Below, one piece after another: positions 21,034 through 50,700 of a stretch of DNA of 64,000 nt (positions are counted from its first letter, which is position 1; every line of letters starts with the position of its first letter). Under the pieces are notes generated by a model. The model had not been told where the DNA came from. It worked only from the letters and a program-made list of their open reading frames with translations, and searched no databases. The position numbers were made by a program, and so were the translations under genes. The DNA is from Heteronotia binoei (Eukaryota): the NCBI RefSeq assembly GCF_032191835.1, contig NC_083236.1:44764001-44828000 (forward strand). Reading direction: 5' to 3'.

Positions 21034-24000
21034 TTCAATTAATGATTTTATTTTAAAAAATAAAAACCGTTTCATTAATAGTTTGAGTTTTACTGAGGGG
21101 AAAATCCCAGTATACATAGGTGGAGGCCCTACTTATCCACCCGCCTTTTGCATAGCCCAGGTTTCCTTGCTGATTTCCCCCTCTAAACTCAGGAGGCCCT
21201 CACAACCACGTAGGGTAGCACTGTGGGCTTCAGTTCCTTTTCCCATAACCATTCCCATAGAATGCGTGTTTTGATGCAGAGTGGTTTCCAATGGGAGACC
21301 GCACAGGTGGGGACACGCATTTGTGAACTAACTCTCAGAACCTAGTTGCACAAAAGAAAAACACAGAGCCCAGCATGGCCTATTTGGAGACTGCGACGCT
21401 GTTACTGACTAAAGTAAACAGTTCTGATTAGAAGATCGAAACTGATGGATAATACGTTTCCTTGAAAATGGACAATATTGTAGCAATGATTAAAATATGC
21501 TGTATGCACTTTTGAAGCCATTGTAACTATGTGTGTGTCACTTTTTCCTTTAAAAAAACCTCTCAAGTCCTAGATGAGTTTCCCTATGCAACCACTGGGG
21601 GAAACATATTGTCTCAAATACGCACAAACATTTATTTTGCTGTGATTGTAAACGCTCCAAAACCTCTACAGCCTTTTAAACCAAATGAAAGATCAGGGCA
21701 AGATTGCAGCTCTTCGGAGCTACCAAGAAATCAAGACATTTAAGCATCATGCTATTCAACTCATTATAAAGGTTCTCTGATGCATATCTGGGTTTTTATC
21801 CATCCTGTATTCCAGCCCAGGGTGCGAACGCCTTCAAATCAAACCTGATGAACATTTCCTTCTGAGGATTACCTTTTGGCAGTCTCTCATAAACTTAGTC
21901 CCGCAACTAAAAGGAGAGTAATGATGTGCAGTAACTTGGAAATCATGCAGTTCTCCAATGAGAATAAATTAAGCACAAGCAGTTTTAAAACGGCTCGATT
22001 TAATCTAAGTATCCGTACTCAAGAGAGTGAGCCACAAGATGTCTTTACAAAGCAGGAGAAATTTAATGAAGTAGTGACAGAGAAGGAATGGCAGAAGGCC
22101 TCTGAGATACTGTGCTCTCTTTTTTTCTTCTTCACCCTGACAAACTGCATCCCATTAAATACCAGGCGCTTTTCATGAATGCTCACAACAGTTGAGTTTC
22201 ACACATTACTTAGGATCATCTGTTCCAGAATGAATACATTGTAAGAAGTCAAACAACTACTACAATGTGCCTCACACATACATGTTTGGGACTAGAATTA
22301 TTTACACTCACAAGAGATTATTTCAGTTCAAGCATATATTGGAGGCAGTGGCTGGAATGTCAATAAAAGGCAATATCCTAAAACATTTCTATGCATGCTT
22401 TGTCACAGGGTCACATGGCACCAGGAGGACCAATCAGAGAGGGGACCCAAGGGGGCCATTGGCCTAGGCCTCAAGCTGGGGTGGGGGGAGGAAGACCTCA
22501 AATGTACAGGTTTTGGGGGGAGGGCTGGCATTTGACAAGGTTCCCTACTTGTTTTGATACGCATTGTGTCTTTTAAAAAAATTGTATTTATAGTTAGGGA
22601 CATCAAAAGCTGGAACAGGCCCAAGGCTCTTGGGACATCTAAAAGGGACTGGGGATGAATTCTTTTAAATGTGCTTAATATACAGCCATAGGGTGCTCTC
22701 TGCCACATGACATGCCTCGTTGTTAGAACCTTGCTCAAAATGGGATCTAACAGCCAAACCCCCATCAAGGACAGGTTTTGAACAGAAAATGTGCCCTTAA
22801 GACAGCAACTTATCCTGCATGTGATTACCCCCATACCATTGCTGCGCCTGCTACTGACTTCCATAAAAACTTAACTGGATAGGCTACTCTTGTTGCAAAC
22901 TTTGTCAGAACTCCTTTGAAGCCAAGGTCCAACTAGGAATGGCTCCTAGACAGGTAAAGCACCTCCCTCTCCCTCCACTATCCATGAAGCGTTCTTTCTG
23001 TAACTGGGGGAAAAAGCATGAAACCAGGGATTCCCAACATGGTGCCCATGGTCACCCAGTGGGTTTACTGTTGGTCCATTTGTTTCTTTCCCCAAGGGTT
23101 TCCTCTACCTCTCTGGAGCAGGAGAACCCAGAAACAACGGACTTCACATTAGGAGGACGTTTAACTTGCAACTTCCCAACTTTTTGTGATTGGTCCCCCA
23201 GGGCAGCCATTTTCTGTCTGACCCTGGCCCGCAGCCATTTTGGTAATGGCACCCATATCCTATTCTCAAAATTCTAAAAAGTGCCCACAGGCTCAACAAG
23301 GTTGCTGAACACCTGCACTAAAGGCATCAACCAAACTCTCTCGACCCTTTCAACTCCGCTAAGAACAATGGTTACAGCAAGATATGGCTGCACGCATGTT
23401 TTTTCTCTGGTCCTTCAAGGCCCTCAAGCAGGCAGTGAAACAAGTTGTTAAAAAGATGGGGAATAGCTGTGGATTTGCAAGGTTTATTCAGAGTTAAGTC
23501 TAGACAGCCCAGCTACAAACCAGTCAAAGGGGCAGGGAGGAGGAGCATACAAGCCCATCAGTACCTATAGTTTGGCAGTTAGCCCCAACTGACATACAAG
23601 CCCAACAGATTGCTGCAGTGAAGGATGGTCTATGCTTCAGTTTGTTCTCTTGGAGTGACTTTGGGTAACAAGCTGCTGAAATAAGCTTCTCTCAAAGAAC
23701 AACTTTCAGCGCATCCCATATGGCAACAAAGCTTTACCAGGCAACAGGTTGTAGTGTTATGAGGCCATCTAACTAGCTTCCTCAGGAGGTGCCCGAAGTC
23801 CTGGAAGAGCTGCCATCTTAAATCTGATTAGTAAATTTATTGTTAATCTGGATTATTATGGTTTTTAATGTTTTAATTCTATGTCTTTTATTGAAGCATG
23901 CAGGGGACAGCAGGATATCAATCAAATCATGCCCCTGCCAAGAAACACCACTGACATGATCTTGAGTAGAGACACTTGACTGTTTGATGGTCCCTATTCA

Positions 24001-24155
24001 CACTAAGAGGGGTACTCAGGGGTAAAAAGCAGGATGGGGCAGTCGCCATTGAGATGCCAACCATGTAGCGAGAGGGCTCTGAGCAAATATTCTGCAATGC
24101 TGGAGTGTAAACCCAGTGTTTTTTAAAAAGTACCCTGTTTACCTTAAAGAGGGCA

Positions 24156-24366
24156 TATATATGAACATATGAAACTGCCTTATACTGAATCAGACCCTGG
24201 GTCCATCAAAATCAGTATTGTCTACTCAGCGGCTCTCCAGGGACTAAAGCTGAGGTTTTTCACACCTACTTGCCTGGATCCTTTTTAGTTGGAGATGCTG
24301 GGGATTGAACCTGGGACCTTCTGCTTGCCAATCAGATGCTCCATCACTGAGCCACTGTCCCTCCCC
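24156..24366 (-). mobile_element. tRNA-derived SINE with CR1-like (TTCATATG)n tail
   Basis: tRNA-like box B ggttcaatcccc; tail resembles the CR1 3'UTR end. Confidence 0.7.
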
Positions 24367-24906
24367 TAGAGCCTTTAAACAAATACCTGTAAATTAATAC
24401 CTATAAAGTGTTTAAACAAATTAATACCTGTAATCTGTATGCAAAGTTAAGACAACCCCCATTATGGAACTCCAGGGTACAGGATGGAATTCCATTCTGG
24501 TAAACTGGGGAACCGCTAAAAGGGTACATTTATTTTCTTTCAGGTTTTGTGTAATTTCTAAATGCCTGTGTGACAAGAGAACTGCAGACAATTTTGAATA
24601 AAAACACAATACCATTTGCCTATTCGTACACAGGTAGTTTTCAACCCTTTTAAAAACATGTACTTTTGTCTCTTTCTGGATTAAGGGCAAATAAGATTTT
24701 GAACATACATGTATTTCAGAAAGAATCTCTCAAAACTATCCATGAAATAGCGAAGTAACAGCAGCACATTAGAGATAATATGTCATCAGAATATAACAAA
24801 AATTGAAGGGGAATTTTTTAAAGTTTCTAGTCTCTCATTCAAGGTCAATAGTACACTACACATAAAAATACCTGCTATATATTGCAGCTGTCATAATCAT
24901 TATTCA

Positions 24907-25087
24907 CAGGGCTTTTTTGTAGCAGGAACTCCTTTGCATATTAGGCCACGCACCCCTGATGTAGCCAATCCTCCTACAGCTTACAGGGCTCTTAGTACAG
25001 GGCCCACTGTAAACTCCAGGAGGATTGGCTACATCAGGGAAGTGTGGCCTAATAGGCAAAGGAGTTCCTGCTACAAAAAAAGCCCTG
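24907..25087. mobile_element. Palindromic hAT-type MITE
   Basis: Same family; TSD not recognisable. Confidence 0.8.
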
Positions 25088-26201
25088 GATCTGAGTCAAG
25101 GCTGAAGAGTGCAACAGACCTTCAACGTGTTCACCTGATTTCCCTCCAAAGATGTCACCCAACTGAGTGACCTTCAGATCTGTTCTTTCAACTGCTCCAA
25201 GTCCATGAAACAGTTCGGGGAATGAGTGGAAGAAATGTCTGAAATAGACCTCAGAAGAGAGGAGACAGAAGTATCTGACTGCCAAGCAGGCTTCGTTTTC
25301 CCTCGGGAAATTCTTCACGCTTATACCTCAAATTGCTTGGAAGAGTTATCAAAGGCCACACGGGGACTCAAAGTGGGGAATTCTTCCAGCAAGGAAGGGA
25401 AACTCTAGGATCCAGGACAACAGGAACAGTTCCTTTTCTGATTCCAGGTTGCATTCCAGATACATTTCAAAGGTCTTGCACTTAATGGTCTCGGGGCATC
25501 TCCTCCAACAGCACCTCACTGAAGCTCCTTCATGTTGCAAAAACCCCACCAGAGAAGAGGTAAACAGAGAGGACTATTAGGAGGAGGTGACAGAAGTCCC
25601 GTCATATATGCAGAGTTTACCACATAGCTCTGTTAACAGCTATGGGTACAGAATTCCTTTTCTGCATTAACACAGGCTACTTGATATATATATATTGTTC
25701 TATATTCTGTGCTATCTTTCAATAGTGCAAAAGCAGGAATTTATGCCAAATCCAATGTGTTATGGTGATTACTCTCCCCAGAAAAAGAACACTTGTGTTT
25801 TCTCCTTAGCGGGATATAACAGAATCAGAGGTGCCAATAGCAACAGCAATGACAGTGCACTCAAGACTGCGAGCAGCAGCACTTTGTAAAACGGGAGAGG
25901 ATTCTTCAACACGTGGCAAAGCAGCTGGCAGTGGAGAGGGAAGGATTATCTGCCTCCTGACACAGCACCTCCTTGCTCAGATGAACCAGGAACAGAGCTC
26001 CAGCAGTCTCTGCTTCAAAAACAACTTTCTTCTATAGCTCACGCAGAATCCTCTCTGGTCTGTCTGATCTGGTACTCCTTAACAGTACCCCCATATGTTT
26101 GCAATAAATATATTATGATTTGAAACTAAAAAAAAAAAGTAACAGCTACGACCTTAGGACTGGGTTCTGCAAACAAACCACACAATAACATGTACACGTT
26201 T

Positions 26202-43730
<17,529 letters not shown>

Positions 43731-44042
43731 GGCCCATGTCCTGCATAAAGCAATTGCTGCTAGTGTGCAAAACCAAGCGAGCGACGCTGCCGGAGCTTCC
43801 TCGCTTCCTTCCTTCTGGAGCAGCAAATGTTTTGCTTCCTGTGTGTAAAGCTGAGCGCCCCGCACCGGCAAGCGAGAAACGTGCTAGGAGAGAGGCGGCC
43901 TTAAAGGCGCAGAGTTTCCCGTTAGATAGGAAGCCGGCTGGGTTTGCTCAGCAGGGAGGGCTGACTCTCGCTCAGCAAAGTGTCCTTAAGCATGCAGCTT
44001 CATTTTCGTTTGGTTAATTCTTCCCGACGCACCCCTTGCAAC

Positions 44043-45040
44043 TAGGGCTGCCAATCCCCAGGTGGGAAACTAAGTGAAAACCGTGTTAGGAGAATTAAAG
44101 TTAGACCACTAGTTATTGTTACTCAGAAGTATCATCATAATTATTACTCACAATCTTGAAGTGGCACAGTGTACAATTACTTTTTTGCGAACACACAAAC
44201 AATGGCTCTGTAGACTGTACAAAATTTTATACAAATATATACATACAAAGTCCACGGACACAGGAATGATAATTTGCACACAATTAATTACAAAGGTGTG
44301 CCAGAGTGTCTTTCCCAGAAAATGCAATATGTAACACGTTTCCGGTAAAAATACACGTGTTTCAATGGCGACTCTCTTCGGCTGACAAAAGCTAATTTTT
44401 CTGGAACTAAATATAAAAAATAATATAAGGAAAAAAATAATGCCTCACTCTCAATAACAGTTGCAACATCAAACATTTTGGTCAATTAGAACTCACCCAC
44501 GGCTCAGATCATTATGTGTGTATGTCAATGTCAATGTGTGTAGTCAATCCTCAGGTGGGGGCAGGGGATCCCCCGTTTAGAGGCCCTACCCTTGCTTCAA
44601 GGTCGTCAGAAAGCACAGGGGGAAAATGTCTGCTGGGCACTCCATTATTCCCTATGAAGACCGATGCCCATTGAGAATAATGGAGAATTGATCCCCATGT
44701 ATCTGGGGCTCTGGGAGGGGGCTGTGTTTTGAGGTAGAGGCACCAAATTTGCAGCATAGTATCCAATGTTTCTCCTCAAAACACCCTCCAAGTTTCAGAA
44801 GGATTGGACCAGGGGGTCCAATTCTATGAGCCCACAAAAAAGGTGCCCCTATCCTTCATTATTTCCAATGGAGGAAGGCATTTAAAAGGTGAGGGGTCCC
44901 TTTAAATGTGATGGCCAGAACTCCCTTTGAAGTTCAGTTGTGCACTAGTCACAACCTTGCTCCTGGTTCCACCCCCAATGTCTCCTGGCTCCGCCCCTGA
45001 AGTCCCCAGATATTTTTTTGAATTGGACTTTGCAACCCTA
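44043..45040. mobile_element. Long TAGGGTTGCCA-TIR element with a 478-bp nested insert, upstream of TK2
   Basis: TIRs tagggctgcca / tgcaacccta; 6/8 TSD; the body matches 63455-63580. Confidence 0.7.
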
Positions 45041-46409
45041 CATGAAACTGGATTCCTTGAATTGTGAAAATGGCACAAACGTGCAACGCGCATCAACTGG
45101 CGTTTTTGCAAGCCCAGCTGCTTTTCCCTGTGAGCAAAAGCCAATGGATTATCCTGGCACTTGCTTCCAAGTAAACATGCAGGGGATCGGACCTCTCAAA
45201 CTCTTCCCTGCTACTTGTGGCTGCATGTGGAAAGCAAGAACAGACTTAGTTGCAAATGTAAATATGTATTTTAGTCGGAGGTCAGATTTTCCTGTATACA
45301 AATCAATGCTGGTGTTTTCAATGGGGACCTCTTCTTCTGACTACCTGCCTGAATGTTCATAAGCGCAGACATACTGCACAAAGGCAAAAAAGTAAAAGTC
45401 AGATCTACACAGATCCTCATGAATTCATATAATTTTTGAAACGAAATAAAATCACCATTGTACTGTAGAAAATATCTTAGTCTATAGGCAGCACAACAAA
45501 AAAACATGCCTCCACAGATTTGTGGCATCACAAATTGTGCAAAAACATTGTTCCAAAGCACGGATCCATGTGAATTCATATGATTTTTGCTCTTCAATGA
45601 AATAAAACCACCATTATACTGTAGACAATGTATTAGTCTATAGCAGGGGTGGCCAAACTGTGGCTCGGTGGCTTGGACAATGAATGCATTTAAAGCTGCT
45701 TTCTTTCCATCTCTCCTTCCCTCCCCCATCTATTTTCCTTCCTTCCTTCCGTTTGGCTGTCTTGTGGCTCTCAAACATCTGATGTGTATTCTATGTGACT
45801 CTTACATTAAGCAAGTTTGGCCACCACTGGTATAGATGGAACTATTTGTATGATGCTCTGTGTTCTTGGTACTTGGAGGGGGGCCAACAGTGGTAGAGCC
45901 TCAGTAGTGTCCTGGCCCCGCTGGACCTCCTGATGGTCCCTGGTTTTGGACCACAGAATATCCAGAATAAAACTTTGTTGGTATTAAAGGTGCCACTGGA
46001 CTCAAACTTGGTTCTATTGCTTCAGACCAGCATGGCTACCACCTGAAGTCACATTAAATCACATGGAATGGAACTCCATCAGCCTCATGCCTCATCCGAG
46101 AGGGCCAATACAGTTGACATCTTCTGGACATCTAAGTTGCCTGTGACACTTATGTCTTAATTTATGTGTTCACACCATCCATACTGCCTTAAATTAATTC
46201 TGATCTAATAGCTTAACTGTTTAATTGCTTTATTGCTGGTGTTAATTGTTTCACCATGTTGGAATCCGCCCTGAGCCCATTATGGAAAAGGGCAAACTAT
46301 AAATTTACAGAAATAAATAAATTCCACGAAATAAACGTTGTTAGTCTTTAAGGCGCTGCTGGACTCCTCCCCCCTTTTTTTCCTTTCCTTTTTTTTTGTT
46401 ACCACAGAC

Positions 46410-47124
46410 CAGAGGAGGCCAAACTGTGGCTCGGGACCCACATGTGGCTCTTTGACATATATTGTGTGGCTCTTGAAGTCTCCATTGCCCTATTGGCCTG
46501 CTTGGAGAAGCTATTTCTCTCTTCAAATCACTTCTCCAGGCTAAGCCAGTTGGTGGCTTGGAGAATGCATTTAAAGTTGCTTTCATTCCACCTCTCCGTC
46601 CCCCATTTATTTGCCTGCCTGCCTTCCTGTCTTGCGGCTCTCAAACAACTGATGTTCATATCTTGAGACTCTCAAACATCTCAAATCCATATCTTGTGGC
46701 TCTCAAACATCTGGCATTTATTCTATGTCAGTGTTTCACATTTGCAGGGTCACGACCCAGCACCGGGCCATGGAAGCCTCAATACCGCGTCACAAGAAAA
46801 GCCAAATCTAGCCCCACCCGCAGCAAAGCATGAGCTCTGCTCTGCATCCTTCCTTCCCCCATCTCTCTGTCCTGCAAAGAAAAGCTAGCCTTAAAGACTG
46901 AGACAGGCTGCAAAATCTGAGCTCCGTTTTCTTTCCTTCCTTCCCCCATCTCTGTGACATAATTCCTGTCCCCGGGCTCCACCCCAGTCTCCTGGCTCCA
47001 CCCTCAAAGTTTAGTGGGCCAGGAAGAAGAAGTGTAAAAATAACCGGGCCATGGGGGGGGGGGGGGGAGTTTGGGAAACCCTGTTCTATGCTGCTCTAAC
47101 ATTAAGCAAGTTTGGCCACCCCTG
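46410..47124. mobile_element. hAT MITE (GGCCAAAC family) just upstream of the CKLF CpG island
   Basis: TIRs cagaggaggccaaac / gtttggccacccctg; perfect TSD CCACAGAC. Confidence 0.8.
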
Positions 47125-47129
47125 CCACA

Positions 47130-47760
47130 GACTAACATGGCTACCCCCTCAATGGCCCGAGGAGCTCAGCCAGCAGCGAGGCGGAGCGGAGGAGGGCTGA
47201 GGTGAATGAAAACCCAACCAAATGAATAACCGAACATCCTCCACGGTCAGCTCGGCGAGAGGCGCCAACGCCTCCTGTCCCGCGGCTGTCATCCCTGAGA
47301 GTCTCTTCCATTCCACCCTCCGAAGAGGGGAGCTGGAGCGAAGACAAACTCCCCTTCTCACGACGCCGAGGAGGGCAGTAGCCCCGCCTTGGCTTCCGCG
47401 GCCCCCCGCGGGCTTACGGTGGGTGCGTGAGGCGGGGAGGGCGGCTGGTGAGGCGACTAACGGGCGCCCCTTCCGGCCGCGCCCGCTTGGCCTGAGTCTG
47501 GGCCGCCGCCGGCTTCTTCTTCCTCCGCCTCAGAGCCCACCATGGTGCAGCTGGATGTGAACGTGGATTTCGTGCGCTCCGTCAGGGGAGGCCTCAAGCT
47601 CGGCCGCATAGTAAGAGACGGGGGAGGGCTGGAGCTGGAGGGAAGGCGGGAGATGCAAGTCCAGGGTGGCCTCATCCTGCCCGTGTCCTACCTTCCCTAA
47701 CTAATCCCCCGAACGTACCATGTCTCAGAGTGCCTCTGAGCTGGTGCAGAGTGCATTGCC
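47130..47760. promoter_or_regulatory. CpG island promoter of CKLF
   Basis: Very GC/CpG-rich; GC boxes (GGGCGG-like) upstream of the ATG. Confidence 0.75.
47542..47610 (+). CDS. CKLF: CKLF exon 1 (MVQLDVNVDFVRSVRGGLKLGRI)
   Basis: Donor gtaaga at 47611. Confidence 0.88.
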
Positions 47761-50700
47761 TCTCAGGGCGGCTGGGGCAGAGGGTGGTGTTTCTGGACGG
47801 GCATCACTTTTCTAGAAATTAGTTTTAGTATTGTGTTTTAATAAAATATATAAATAATGGAAATGAGGGGGGGGGGGGTGTTTCCAGTGGCCAGCTTCGT
47901 GAAGGGGCACTCTGTCCTTCTCCAGGCACAACGCTAAATTCTCTATCGTTCCAGTTTTAGCATAGGTGCTGCCAAAGGGAGCAGATACATAAATGCTTTA
48001 AATAAATCCTTAAAGATGCTGGGGATCGAACCCTTTGAACTGATGCAGACAGCATTTACCCTTCCAGGATGTAAAGATGTGCAGACGAGATGCTGGTGTT
48101 TCCAGACAGGCTAGCATCTCTTTATTTCTAGAAACTTTTTTTAAAGAAAAAATATGAGATATAGGTATTTTAAATTAATCAGAAAAGTTTCAGGGCTCAA
48201 ACCCCTGGGCCCTCAGATCTTCTTGCTGTGAATAAGTCCATGAAAGTGTAAACCAGAATAAATACTGGTTAATGGGGGGGGGGGGATTTGCATGTTTTTC
48301 AAGTGCTGCTCTTAACTGTCTTATTTTCATCCTGCCCCACTCCTGAGGAGCTGAGAGGGGCATATGTTGCTTTCCCCCTCCATATTTTATTCAGACAACA
48401 ACCCTGCGAGGTAAGACAGAGTGAGCATGACTGGCCTAAAGCAAGCTTTCATGGAAGAGTGATGAATTTGAACCTGTAACTCCCAGATGCTGGTCCAACA
48501 CTAACCATTACACCATACTGGCGCTTCCTTCGACTTACTTAGAAAAATATATGCTGCTTCTTCAGAGAACTGTTCTTGTTCAAGAAAACTTCCCCTCTGC
48601 TACTCACAGTTGTCAGAGGTGTGGAGAAACGGTGCTCTGCATGTGCTCACAGACTCCATTGACCCTTGATTAGAATGAGCCATCCTTCGAATGCCTTTAA
48701 AGTTGGATTTTATCATAAAGATGCTTTCTGCTTCTGAAAGGAATAAGGAACAGGTGGCAACTCTAGCCTTTAGGCCTGATTTAAAATATGCTGCTGGTAC
48801 CCAGTTTAACGAGCCCTGTGCTGCAGAGTGGTAAGCTGCAGTACTGCAGTCCAAGCTCTGCTCATGACCTGAGTTTGATGCTGTGGGAAGCTGGGTTTAG
48901 GTAGCCAGCTGTCAGCCTTCCATCCTTCTGAAGTCGAAAAATGAGTACCCAGCTTGCTGGGGGGCGGGGGGGGGGGAGTGTGGATGACTGAGGAAGGCAA
49001 TGGCAAACCACCTTGTAAAAGTCTGCCAAAAGGATGTCCTGATGTGACATCGCCCCATGGGTCAGACTCCATGCTTGCACAGGGGACTACCTTTATCTTT
49101 TTACTTTACGCAGTTTAAAGGGGAAGCTGTGCAAATGCAAAATCCCACAGGTGAGTTGTTTGGGCCTGCAGCAGCAACATGTTTTAAATCAGCTCTCAGT
49201 TGAGCACATTCCCAGTTACACTTGGGGAGGGCTCTCTATTGAGCAAGGATTATAGATACCATCACGCACTTTGCTGAAAAGTTTGAGCATCCCCCTTGGG
49301 GAGGAAACAACTAGATCTCTGGTTTTCCCTGAGAGCCTCAGCTAACGGTAGCAATTAATAGGGCCTGAAACACACCATTAAAGTATTAGGGAAAAATGAG
49401 GATGAGGGGGTAACTTTTTCATGAACTGACATAGTCCATGCCAGAAAGGCTACTTTTCTAGCTGCCCTAAATCCCAATTATTTTATGACCCCTTTTCTCT
49501 TCTGTAGTTCATTACATTCTGCATTAGCTCTCCCTAGTGTTGTAATGCCCCCTTCCGCCATCGCCAAAGGGAAATTACCCAACTCTGTCAGACAGAAAAA
49601 AGGAGGACATGCTTATTTAAGTATTGGCAATGAAGGGGCTCTCAATATTTTGTGACTGCTGTTGTCACTTAGTTCTCCTCATTGGAAACCCTCCTTTGCT
49701 CTCCACTTGCTCATAGGGGAGGGAGCACCGAGGGGCTCCCCAAGTTCCAATCCCAGATCTTTGCATCGGGGCAGTAAAGTACAAACACTAGTGGAGAGGC
49801 CTTGTCGGTTCAAGTCCATTGATTAGAATAAGTCCTGGTCCACTTAGTTCAGAATAAGAGACCAAATAAACAGTAAATTCTGAATGTGTGCATTTTTTTG
49901 ATAGGGATATTCTGTTTGTTTTATATTTGGGAGCTTTGTTTAATTTTTATCCCACCATACCTCCAAGGAGTCCAGAGTAGCATACACTGGATTAGATCCT
50001 GCCAGCTTTTTGATACAGTCACCTAATTTCCTCCTTACTATGGTCTTCATCGCACACGAGTTTTTTCCATACAGGACTCATGATCTGCAGTATATGGGGG
50101 TGGGGTGGGGGGAGGTGTCAAGGGATCCAAGTGTTGTTCTCCCCATTTTATCATCACAACTATCACTAACATACAGGGTTCCTTCCTCAATTCTCCCCAT
50201 TGGATCTTTGAAAGTAGTAAATAGAGCTGAGTCGCCCCAGGGATGTTATGTTTGTGAGGCTTTTCAACCTCTCTTGTGGGGTTCGATTCTGGTACCAGCT
50301 AAAGACTTTGTTTCCCCAAGCCCCTCCAGCTGCCTTGGGTGACCTAGAAGGGGAATATTCATAGTTTATCAGCAGCCTTTGGCCAGTGGATAAGAATTCC
50401 AGTGCAGTCTCACACATCCAGGAGTGGATTGGGAAGTGTAAATAATCCTGGGATAAGATGAGCAGCTTGCCAATGAAGGATCTAAGCCAGGTGGGCCCTG
50501 CGACACGAGCAGAGTTGCTGGGGCTGAGTTCTACTAGCTCCGGGCCAACAGCAGCCCTCTAGGGCAGTGCCCCACCAGGAAAGTTCCTTGGAAAATAAAT
50601 GGCCTGTCTGCCATGTACGCAGCTTCTTTAACTAGCACATGTTCTACCAAAATGCTAACACAGACTAGCTAGGGTACACCAGTGTATAAAAGGTGCTGTT

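Noticed and set aside
21876-22178. 100-aa ORF as a possible BEAN1 or novel exon
   Set aside because: Non-ATG start, no similarity I recognise, no convincing splice pair.
25130-25560. Coding-looking stretch (ORFs 25226-25408 +, 25349-25549 -)
   Set aside because: No recognisable homology or consistent splice sites; probably TK2 3'UTR or downstream DNA.
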